The position numbers were made by a program, and so were the translations under genes. This document shows positions 54,801-63,539 of a DNA stretch of 64,000 nt, one piece after another (position 1 is the stretch's first letter; each line of letters begins with the position of its first letter). The notes under the pieces were generated by a model. It had not been told where the DNA came from, made no database searches, and saw only the letters and a list, made by a program, of their open reading frames with translations. Source of the stretch: Macrostomum lignano (lineage: Eukaryota); the NCBI GenBank assembly GCA_002269645.1, contig NIVC01000943.1, positions 19,845-83,844 of the forward strand. Direction: 5' to 3'.

Positions 54801-55016
54801 AACAATTCCGCCGTTGTGGAACTGCAGATGCAGTCCTCGTCTTTCGACAACGAACAGGCCAAAGTTCATCCGCCTTCCTACAGCGGCTTGAAGAAGCCCA
54901 TTGGAGTAACATTCAATGTGTCTGACGAGATTGCCCAGGTTGGCGGAAAGCGCGCCGACTCAGAAGGCAAAGGTGGAATCAGTACACGACTGCCTAGGCG
55001 GGAGGACGAGAAGTGA
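51886..55016 (+). pseudogene. SLC4: SLC4-family fragment, copy 2, with full 3' end; exons 51886-52042, 52886-53799, 54188-54393, 54557-55016 (possibly one more exon at ~55452-55632)
   Basis: Continues HKFTIIQVACLAMLWAVK..LFPIMVLAMCFVR..ELKWLDD, the SLC4 C-terminal membrane region. It has the same two frameshifts as copy 1. The apparent stop AAG TGA overlaps a GTGAGT donor that is followed by a minisatellite. Confidence 0.85.
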
Positions 55017-55067
55017 GTTTACCCAGAACTTCACAAGCGTAAAGTTACTCTGCTTGTGAAGCGTTCC

Positions 55068-55450
55068 CAGATCAGTTTGAGCAGTTCTCTCAGATCAGTT
55101 TGAGCAGTTCTCTCAGATCAGTTTGAGCAGTTCTCTCAGATCAGTTTGAGCAGTTCTCTCAGATCAGTTTGAGCAGTTCTCTCAGATCAGTTTGAGCAGT
55201 TCTCTCAGATCAGTTTGAGCAGTTCTCTCAGATCAGTTTGAGCAGTTCTCTCAGATCAGTTTGAGCAGTTCTCTCAGATCAGTTTGAGCAGTTCTCTCAG
55301 ATCAGTTTGAGCAGTTCTCTCAGATCAGTTTGAGCAGTTCTCTCAGATCAGTTTGAGCAGTTCTTTCAGATCAGTTTGAGCAGTTCTCTCAGATCAGTTT
55401 GAGCAGTTCTCTCAGATCAGTTTGAGCAGTTCTCTCAGATAGTTTGAGCA
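55068..55450. repeat. 23-bp minisatellite (cagatcagtttgagcagttctct)
   Basis: Units start at 55091, 55114 and so on. Confidence 0.97.
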
Positions 55451-56310
55451 GGTCTCAGACAATACAATATCTGTTATGCCAAACTCTCCCCCAGAAACGC
55501 GGTTCCAGAGTCGGATACTCTGCTATCGCCGGGCACTCTGCAAATTCTCGTCCAACCGCCGTCAGGCAGATCTTCTCCGGAGCAGCAGAAGCGCTCGAAC
55601 AGTTGATTAGAATCACCAAAGAAATGAGATGAGTAACAAAATATGAATTGGAAGATTCCCAATTAACGCGTCTTCCGGATTTGAAGTGAAACTATTTGTT
55701 AAAATTGTCGATAATTAATATTCAACAGTTGAACTGTATGTTAGTTTTTTTCGAATGTCTAAACAAAATGCAAAGTTGTGTACTTTTAATGCCTGTCCAG
55801 CAGTAGCCAGCAGTATACTTGATTTTATTTATTTCAATTATGCAAATATTTGTCAATATCAGTTTTTTTATTTCGCTTGTGTGTGCGCGCGGGTGTGCAA
55901 TTGTCTACAAGTTGGTTTGTTAGCTTTCATTGATTCAATGAACTTTTATGCGCAGTGTTTTTACTCGCGTATTTTGTCCAATTTTTAGGAGCTTAATAAG
56001 TAATAACAATTAGATCTTAAATGTGCACATCGCTCTACTTATCCGAGTCCAGTTCAGTAGTATGCTTAGCGCTTTTTTCCTTCTACGCGTTTTTGTCTAT
56101 TTTTGCGCCGCAAAATATCACAATATGGCATTATTTCGATATTGAAAATTTTTTCTCTGCCTGAGTGCAAATTTTTCTCTTTCTCATTGGCAAGAACTTT
56201 TTTCTTCTCGTTAAAGCAACTTTCATTTTGAAGGCTGTAGCTGACAAACGAAGCATTATTTTGCTATTCTCAATTTTTAGACGCTACTGGTTCTATATTT
56301 TTGTAAATAT

Positions 56311-56856
56311 TTGCCTTTTTGCAATGAAACCAACTATTCGGCCTTTGTAGGATATGTAAAGAAAGTCGACAACAGTAAACAGACTGGCGCTGCTGGAGGC
56401 AAGGCAGCTGAGTTATCTGATGCAGACGAGATCGTCCTACAAAGCACAGGCAGAGAATCACCAGTGACGCAAGGACTGCGAGTCACTGAGAGCACCGTGC
56501 TCAAAGATACTCCGTCCTGTGCTGCCACATCAGCTAGCGCGTCGGGAATGTCGCTCAGTGCTCCGTCTGCTGTACAGTCACGTTCTACGCCATCAATGCT
56601 GCAGCTGCTTACTGGAGACGTGAATGAGCAAGACCTTCAGGATCTTCTGGATGGCAATGGCAATGGAACGGCTTCCTTCCCATCTACACCAAAACGCCAG
56701 ATTAGCAGTGGTGGGAGCATGGATCGCAAAGTTTTGAAGAGGAAAGACGAGTTACTGCTGGAGCATCTGGAACTCAAAAACAAGAAGCTGAAGATGGAGA
56801 TGGCTTTGATCCAATATGAACTGTCTTCAAAGGGAATCAGATGGGACGCTAACTGA
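56311..56856 (+). CDS. Probable accessory (Myb/SANT-type) ORF of a PIF/Harbinger element, 3' exon
   Basis: Convergent with the Harbinger nuclease. It has a ..KQTGAAGG motif, a low-complexity linker and a C-terminal coiled coil (ELLLEHLELKNKKLKME). The DNA-binding domain itself is not seen. Confidence 0.5.
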   Translation: MPFCNETNYSAFVGYVKKVDNSKQTGAAGGKAAELSDADEIVLQSTGRESPVTQGLRVTESTVLKDTPSCAATSASASGMSLSAPSAVQSRSTPSMLQLLTGDVNEQDLQDLLDGNGNGTASFPSTPKRQISSGGSMDRKVLKRKDELLLEHLELKNKKLKMEMALIQYELSSKGIRWDAN

Positions 56857-57080
56857 GCGATCGATATAGCTGGTGTTTTGCTGTTATGTTTTATTTTTTA
56901 TTACTGCTGCCGTGTTTAATGTGACGATCGCAGTTTAAAGTGTTTTAATATATTTAATATGCCTATCTTGTCGTTATAGTCTTAACACTTTCGAACACAG
57001 CGAAACAATATTGATAAATAAAACAATAAACAATGAACAACAAGAACAACAAGAAGTACATAGTAATTCTGAGTATAACT

Positions 57081-57680
57081 TCATTGAAAAAAGGCAACGA
57101 GTTGATCGCGTCGCGTAAAGTCTTGCTGAATGCCATCCACACCAATCGCAACGTTCTCAATTTCAGCGAAATACTGCAGAACTGCACCGTCATCAATGGC
57201 ACCCTCGTGTACGATGCACCAGTTGTGCAGCACTGAACAAGCTTTCTCGATTTCACTGGCGTACGCGGGTCCCTTGACTCTTAACATGCGCAGACATGGA
57301 AATCGGATTTTTAACAAGCCAATGGCCCTTTCAATGATGCTGTGCGGCGATGAGCTGAGTTAAACCGATTCTCTGCCTGAGTCAGGTTTCGTAGAACGGG
57401 GGGAATCAACCACTGAAGGCAGGGATATATTGAGTCACCAAGCAGGACACACCCAGAAAAAAAGCGAAAGCCGTGTCGCTCGAAACTAGTAAACAGATTG
57501 GAGTTTCGTAGCATACGTGCATCGTTCACGCTACCTGGCAACGAGGAGTTCACATAGAAAAGTTGGTGCTTCGGTCCGCAGACAACCATGACATTCAGTG
57601 AATTTCCACCCTTTCTGTCCACGAACTAAGCTTCGTTCTCATGTGGGGTGCGAATATTAATCAATAGTACATTCGGCGCC
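57081..57680 (-). mobile_element. Decayed PIF/Harbinger (HARBI1-like, DDE_Tnp_4) transposase
   Basis: DRKGGNSLNVMVVC, PGSVNDARML, LLGDSIYP, ENRFNSAHRRT, IERAIGLLKIRFPCL, ACSVLHNWCI motifs across frames, with frameshifts and an in-frame TAG. TIRs not located. Confidence 0.9.
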
Positions 57681-57760
57681 GAGGATTTCTCATTAACGCC
57701 CGCAAAGCATGGGTATTACTATTGTGCCATAGACATTTGTGTCCTTGACAAAGTGGGACA

Positions 57761-57801
57761 AAATTAGCGGGCAGTTAATGACATTAACTGCCCGCTAATT
57801 T
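57761..57801. repeat. Perfect inverted repeat, 20-bp arms, 1-nt loop
   Basis: aaattagcgggcagttaatg-a-cattaactgcccgctaattt, with a partial copy at ~57830-57880. Confidence 0.93.
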
Positions 57802-58131
57802 GCATTAAATTAAGTTTGAAATAAACAATCGGGCGTTAAATGTCATTAACTGCCCGCTAATTTGAATTAAAGTAAGTTTGACTCCTGCAAGCGGGCTTAA
57901 ATGTAGTCTATGGCATTAAAAGTCAAGAATAAGTGCCCAGCGGGCACAAAGGTCATGGTACAATATATTACACCTTTTTGCATTCAATTTCAACCAAAGT
58001 CGCATTCAATTTCAGCAAGCTGGCATTCAAAATCGGCAATCTAAATTTAGCCAACCAAATCTTCATTCGGGTAGTGTAGCTCGCTTGGCTAGTAAAAGGA
58101 AAATGAATCCGAAAATCAACATTGTGTGAGT

Positions 58132-58169
58132 AACGACGCGTTTCGCACTCCTAGATGCATCTTCAGGTT
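58132..58169 (-). ncRNA. Minimal type I hammerhead-ribozyme-like motif of a Penelope-like element
   Basis: Minus strand aac-CTGAAGA-t-gca[tctaggag]tgc-GAAA-cgcg-TC^gtt: conserved core boxes, stem II, a palindromic CGCG stem-III loop, a GUC cleavage triplet and a 3-bp stem I. Confidence 0.65.
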
Positions 58170-58449
58170 TATTTTTTCAACAACGAAATTAAACAGGTTT
58201 GCGAATAAATATGTGGAGTTGGTTATAGGTAAACAAGAAAAATTAGAAAAATTATTGAAGTGTCCAATCGGCGTTTGCTGATTGGTTGTAAACACCCACC
58301 CCAAGTCCACCCCCCTCTCTGCACTGCACCCCTCCGCCGTGAGGCTTATATCACCTAGCTTTTACTCAGCCTGCCACACCTTTCTCGCGCTGCATGAAAT
58401 CTTTTTTATCGTACGGAGTGGCGTGAGTGCTGCCTAGGCTGCAACTGCA

Positions 58450-59522
58450 ATGGCCGAGATTTCAATTGACCAAATGACTGCAAGGCAGCTTAGAGACCGT
58501 CTGCGCCAACTGGGACTGCCCAGTGGCGGTCGCAAGCGAGAGTTGCAAGTCAGATTGGAACAAGCCAGTTTCTCGAATCAAGCCAAGCGACGTGGACGGC
58601 CAACAGCCACTCACTCGAGCGAAATCGACCGAGTCAGCACCAGCAGCAGCGACGACGATGAAGAAGCGACCCTGGACGAGGCTGGCGCCCCGCAGGGCAC
58701 CGACGATCTGGACAAGAGGATCGCCCGTCAGGAGAAGCTGCTTCGGCTGAGGACTCTTCAATGCCAGACTGCTGAGATCGAGGCTGAGCTGGAGAACAAG
58801 CCTTGCCAACAGAGCCGTAAGTTGCGGAGCCCCTTGCCGATTGACCGGTCCCCTGCTGCCTATGAGCCGGAGCTGGGACTGCCAGACCTGGGCCCTCAAG
58901 GCCTCTACAGCACTTCTGCCAGGCCGTCGGACCGTCAAAGCCCCTTCTGGTAAAGGACTTTATCAACCGTGATGGCGAGGAGCCTGCCTCTGACGAGAAG
59001 TCCAGAGTCCGGACTGAGCAGATCTCGGCGGGTCAGTGGGTAGCAGGCAGCAACCGAATCCTGCTGAAACTCTTCGACGAAGGTTTCTTGGTCACCGTTA
59101 AGGATGGCGCGGTGGATCTTGAACAGCTGAAGGCCTACGTTCGCTACTGTGTGCAGTTCGGCGAGTTTATGCACCAGGGTTTCAGTCAGGCCGCCCTCAA
59201 CTGTTACGATGAAGACTTCAGGATCCTGCAACATCAGTCGAGCGGCAGCTGGGAGCGGGAGTCGCTGCAGCTGCTATCCAAGCACATTCTGGCACCAAAG
59301 TCAAATCAGGGCGGCAACGCGATCTCCCAGCGCACCAACTTCAAGCCCAGTAGGCCAAAGCAGCAGCCGTCCGGCTTCGTCGGCCCGATCGATCCTGAGG
59401 GGCGGGAGCTGTGCGTGAAGTTCAACCGCAACGGCTGCCTACGGCGCGACTGCAAGTTCAGGCACGTCTGCTCCGCCTGCTACGAGGCGCACCCGCGCCA
59501 GTTCTGCACTTCAAAAAACTAG
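58450..59522 (+). CDS. Gag-like ORF1 with N-terminal SAP-like motif and C-terminal Cys/His zinc finger; split by a -1 frame change at ~58866-58953
   Basis: MTARQLRDRLRQLGLPSGGRKRELQVRL fits the SAP pattern. The downstream frame reads KPLLVKDFI..QWVAGS..YDEDFR..W..CVKFNRNGCLRRDCKFRHVCSACYEAHPRQFC. Confidence 0.8.
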
Positions 59523-61987
59523 ATCGCGGCCGGGCGGGGGGCTCAACTGGCAGCGCAGCTGCCCCGGCCGAAGCCAAAGTCGAACCCCCGCTGCCCCCCG
59601 GCTGGCCCTGTCCCAAGCCCCTCGAGTCCGTTGCTTTCTCATCCGACCTCGCCACAGCCGCCTGGGAAGCTGAGCTGGCTGACGATCCTGACCGCGAATT
59701 CCTGCTGAATGGCATCCGCAACGGTTTCCAACTCACCTGCCCTGACCCGTCAGAAAGAGCCTCAACTATGTCAGAAATCCAGAACTACCTATCAGTCAAC
59801 AGTTACCGGCAGCTGGTCGAGCAGCAGGTGCGAGAGGAAATCCTTAATGGCCGCTACGTTCAAGTAAGTGACAAACCGGAGGTCATCAGCGCCCTTGGCG
59901 CCATTCCGAAGGGCAACAACAAGATTCGACTCATCCACGACTGCTCTAACCCTCCGGGTCTCTCCCTAAACAGCCAATTTTCCTCCGACTACAGAATCAA
60001 GTTCGAGACTGTCAGCCACTTCACCGCCAAGCTGCAGCCCGGTTGGTTCATGGCCAAAGTCGACCTCGCCAATGCCTACCGGAGTGTCGGCATCAGCCCG
60101 CACGATTTTCGGCTCACCGGCTTGAAGTGGAAATTCAGCGACCAGCGCAGCGATTCGTACATCTGCGACACGCGGCTCCCCTTTGGCGCTGCTGCCTCCG
60201 TGGAAGTTTTCCACCGCCTGAGCCAGGCTGTCAAGCGCATGATGCAGAGACGGGGCTTCAACGATATCGGCAGTTATCTCGATGACTTCGCCATAGCAGC
60301 CTCCAGCAAGGACGACTGCCAGCTCGCTCTCGACACCCTGCTCAATCTGCTGCGGAAGCTTGGCTTCTCCATCAACTGGAGCAAGGTGGTGGCGCCGTGC
60401 ACCAGACTAGTCTACCTGGGCGTCCTCATCGACACCGTCAGCGGCCTGCTGGAGCTTCCGAAGGACAAGCTCGACGCCACCAAGTCTCAGCTGCAGTCCG
60501 CGCTCTCTCGCAAGCGCATCACCAAGCGCCAACTCCAATCGCTCTGTGGCCGCATCAACTGGGTCTGCCAGGTGGTCCGCATCGGGAGGTGCTTCCTGAG
60601 ACCACTCCTGCTCGAACTCAGCGACCTGAAGCAGCAGCGGCACAAACTGCGCGTGCACAATGATCTCCGCGAGATCCTTAGCTGGTGGGACGCCTGCCTG
60701 GCCGCCTCCCCCAGCTGCAAAATCTGGCGTTCTAACGGGCCCAGCTGGGCCATCGAGTCCGACGCGTCCAACTGGGGCGGCTGCGGCATCATCCGCGGCC
60801 CAGACATCACCAGCTGGCTCATCATGGACTGGCACCGCGACTCAACCGAGATCGAGCCGCTGCACATCAACTTCAAGGAAAGTCTCGCGCCAGTGCTTAC
60901 GGCCCTGCATTTCCAGCAGCAGCTGCAACCGGGCAGCCAGCTTGTGATCTACTCTGACAGCACCGCCGCAGTCGGCGCCATCAACAAGGGCTCGTCGCCA
61001 AATCGGGTCGTCAACTCGGCTCTGCAACAGCTGATGCTCCTCGCTGCGCACCGCGACCTCTCCGTCCAGGCCTTCCACGTCCCTGGGACATTCCAGATCT
61101 TCGCTGATAGTGGCAGCCGAGCCGATGACATCAGCGAGCTGACAAACTTCCTGCTCCGGCTCTTTGGCTCTGTTCACGTTGACCTTAGCAACCTTAGAGA
61201 GCACACCCTCTCGCCAGCCACCTGCGAATTTCTCGCCCTACAGATCGCCCGCCTCAAGTCCCGAGCGCGAACTTCAGCAAGCGCTACCGCGAGCTCTGCC
61301 ACCTGGCCTTCGCTGAGACTACCGCGCGCTCTTACCGCTGCCAGATCGACTCCTGGAAGCGGTTCTGCAAGCAGATGCGCATCGACAGCACCAGACCGCC
61401 TCTGCAGCAGGTCGCGCACTACATCATCGCGCTGTCCGACCGCCTCTCCTCGCATGCCAGCGTCGGTGCGTACATTAACGCCGCAGACCTGCACTGCAAG
61501 CTCAAGACCGGCCGCGGCCTTCCTCGCGACCCCCGCATCGACCTGCTCCTCCGCGGTGTCCAGCACAAACTCGCCAAGCCACCGGCGCGCAAGGCGCCCA
61601 TCACTCCGGGTGACTTCCTCAAACTGCGAGGAACCCTGCGCCTGCAGCAGCCTCAAGATGCAGCCTTCTGGGCGGCGGTCCTGGTCGGATTCTGGGGCCT
61701 CCTGCGCCGCGCCAATCTGTGCTGCTCGAAACCGTTCCCACCAGCCGGCGAGGCGGTCACCTGCGGCGACCTGCACGTATCACCGGATCTGGCCATCCTG
61801 CACATTCGGCGCTCCAAGACGAACCAGTTCCGCCAGCGAGTGCACCGCGTTGTCCTGCCGCGCCTCCGGCACGCGGCGCAGCACCCGCTCTGCCCGGTGG
61901 CAGCGCTGCTTCACCACCTGCGCATCAACCAGCCCGACCGCGCCGCTGCTGCCCACCTCTTCGCTTACCGAAGCAGCGGCGGCCTGA
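59411..61987 (+). CDS. Reverse transcriptase / RNase H (DIRS/Ngaro type)
   Basis: KIRLIHDCS, KVDLANAYR, LPFGAAAS, YLDDF, YLGVLID; RNase H SDAS..E..SDS..AD.GSR. Uninterrupted frame overlapping gag at the 5' end and YR at the 3' end. Confidence 0.96.
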   Translation: MREVQPQRLPTARLQVQARLLRLLRGAPAPVLHFKKLDRGRAGGSTGSAAAPAEAKVEPPLPPGWPCPKPLESVAFSSDLATAAWEAELADDPDREFLLNGIRNGFQLTCPDPSERASTMSEIQNYLSVNSYRQLVEQQVREEILNGRYVQVSDKPEVISALGAIPKGNNKIRLIHDCSNPPGLSLNSQFSSDYRIKFETVSHFTAKLQPGWFMAKVDLANAYRSVGISPHDFRLTGLKWKFSDQRSDSYICDTRLPFGAAASVEVFHRLSQAVKRMMQRRGFNDIGSYLDDFAIAASSKDDCQLALDTLLNLLRKLGFSINWSKVVAPCTRLVYLGVLIDTVSGLLELPKDKLDATKSQLQSALSRKRITKRQLQSLCGRINWVCQVVRIGRCFLRPLLLELSDLKQQRHKLRVHNDLREILSWWDACLAASPSCKIWRSNGPSWAIESDASNWGGCGIIRGPDITSWLIMDWHRDSTEIEPLHINFKESLAPVLTALHFQQQLQPGSQLVIYSDSTAAVGAINKGSSPNRVVNSALQQLMLLAAHRDLSVQAFHVPGTFQIFADSGSRADDISELTNFLLRLFGSVHVDLSNLREHTLSPATCEFLALQIARLKSRARTSASATASSATWPSLRLPRALTAARSTPGSGSASRCASTAPDRLCSRSRTTSSRCPTASPRMPASVRTLTPQTCTASSRPAAAFLATPASTCSSAVSSTNSPSHRRARRPSLRVTSSNCEEPCACSSLKMQPSGRRSWSDSGASCAAPICAARNRSHQPARRSPAATCTYHRIWPSCTFGAPRRTSSASECTALSCRASGTRRSTRSARWQRCFTTCASTSPTAPLLPTSSLTEAAAA

Positions 61988-62241
61988 CGCCTCTGACCGG
62001 CACCCGGTTCTGTCGCCTGTTTCGGCACGTCGTCCACCGTGCCGGCCTGGCAGACCGGTCTCTGTCCCCTCACAGCCTTCGACGCGGCGGCGCCTCGCTG
62101 GCGTTCCGCGCCGGTGTGCCGCTGCCGGTCGTCAAGGCCCTGGGCGACTGGCGGAGCTTGGCGGTTGAGGTGTACCTGGGGCTGGAGAAGGGCTTCGATC
62201 TCCAGCTGGCGGCTGTTCGCAAACTGTCTCAATGCCTATAA
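61375..62241 (+). CDS. Tyrosine recombinase (frame open upstream of the listed ATG to at least ~61270)
   Basis: Catalytic set present: LLRRANL (R), RSKTNQ (K), PHSLRRGG (H-x-x-R), LGDW (W), AVEVY (Y). Confidence 0.96.
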   Translation: MRIDSTRPPLQQVAHYIIALSDRLSSHASVGAYINAADLHCKLKTGRGLPRDPRIDLLLRGVQHKLAKPPARKAPITPGDFLKLRGTLRLQQPQDAAFWAAVLVGFWGLLRRANLCCSKPFPPAGEAVTCGDLHVSPDLAILHIRRSKTNQFRQRVHRVVLPRLRHAAQHPLCPVAALLHHLRINQPDRAAAAHLFAYRSSGGLTPLTGTRFCRLFRHVVHRAGLADRSLSPHSLRRGGASLAFRAGVPLPVVKALGDWRSLAVEVYLGLEKGFDLQLAAVRKLSQCL

Positions 62242-62965
62242 TTTTTCGTTTGCCTGCTCTGGGTTGAAGCTGGTGTGCTGTCTGCTTTCTTTTTCCTCTC
62301 GCTTGGACTCAAATGCTCAGATTTTTTTTCTTCCCAACTCGTGCACTTTTCTTATTTCGTATTTTATCTTTTTTTTGCAATGATGACTGTTGTTTTATCG
62401 ATTCAGTGCTGTTTTAATGACTGTTTATTTTATTTGCTTGCAAGCGTGACCAGCATTCTGCGTGCCCTTCCGTTTTTCTTTCACTATCTTCCCATCATTT
62501 TTCGGATTTTGGATCGTCGTATCCGCTCGCACTGTATTCGTTACTCGCAAACACTCGCGTCCGTCTTCCCTTCCCTTGGGGTGTGGTGTTTAGTGTCCAA
62601 TCGGCGTTTGCTGATTGGTTGTAAACACCCACCCCAAGTCCACCCCCCTCTCTGCACTGCACCCCTCCGCCGTGAGGCTTATATCACCTAGCTTTTACTC
62701 AGCCTGCCACACCTTTCTCGCGCTGCATGAATTTTTTTTGCTTTTTTTGCTTTTTTATATTTTCTGTACTGCACAAATAAACTTGCTGTACAGAGGATCG
62801 TCGAATCCACTCGCACTGTACTCGTTACTCGCAAACACTCGCGTCCGTCTTCCCTTCCCTTGGGGTGTGGTGTTTACAAATCGATATTGGAGAACACATG
62901 AGTTAGTCCGTACGGCAGAGTGAAGTCCGGGGGCGGAAAGAATGTACACCCAGTACTCTCTCTCA

Positions 62966-63275
62966 TCAAAAGACACGGAGTAGGTGACCCGCGCCACTAT
63001 GTTGGAGTTGTGTGTTTAGGCTGGGTGACTGGGCTTTAATGTGCATGGCCTCAAGAATTCTAAGTTTGAAGTCCGACTGACGTTGGTCAATGATTTTAAA
63101 GTGCTCGTTTGGGTTGCAGTTAGAGCAGCTACTGCAATGCACTAAGTGATCTGGTGTGGTGTGTAGGTGTCTTTTGGTTTTCCCCACGTAGGAGACGCTC
63201 TGGTCAACAGAGCAGTTGAATTGATAGACGACACCAGCACGCAGAGCACGGGGCAGAGCACGGTTTAAGCATGCT
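62966..63275 (-). mobile_element. 5'-truncated Penelope-like element, GIY-YIG endonuclease C-terminal fragment; its 3' tail continues at ~58258-58100 beyond the Ngaro insertion
   Basis: GVVYQFNC..YVGKTKRHL..HL..C..C..FKII..LRILEAMHIK..PSLN, the PLE GIY-YIG pattern. Confidence 0.85.
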
Positions 63276-63539
63276 CGCATTCCATTTCAGCGAACCACAT
63301 TCAATTTCGGCAATCTGCATTCATTTTAATTTTGTCTCAAACTTGTCTGCTCGTCTATGGGTAAACTTTATTGACGCGTGCAGATTTTGCATTCAATTTC
63401 AGCAGTCTGCATTCAAATTCAGCAAAATATTATTAACTAAACGTAAAACGAAACAATTGTCGTCCAAAACATGTACAGTAGGGAACATAGCAGGGAACAA
63501 AAGCAGAAAATCGAAGTCACGTCAATTGTGGACCTTCAG

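Larger units (their letters stand above)
58259..62876 (+). mobile_element. Ngaro-type (DIRS order) tyrosine-recombinase retrotransposon, full length ~4.6 kb
   Basis: Split direct repeats A1 (58259-58398) - ORFs - B1 (62511-62591) A2 (62592-62731) - B2 (62795-62875). Gag, RT/RNaseH and YR ORFs. No TSD and no methyltransferase seen. Confidence 0.95.

Noticed and set aside
61375-62241. Phage integrase plus RT as a bacterial contaminant, retron or DGR
   Set aside because: The RT/RNase H motifs, gag zinc finger and split direct repeats are those of eukaryotic YR retrotransposons, and the flanks are eukaryotic TEs.
58259-62731. Conventional LTR retrotransposon with 140-bp LTRs
   Set aside because: There is no DDE integrase, TG..CA termini or TSD. 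A tyrosine recombinase and an extra B repeat pair identify it as Ngaro/DIRS-type.
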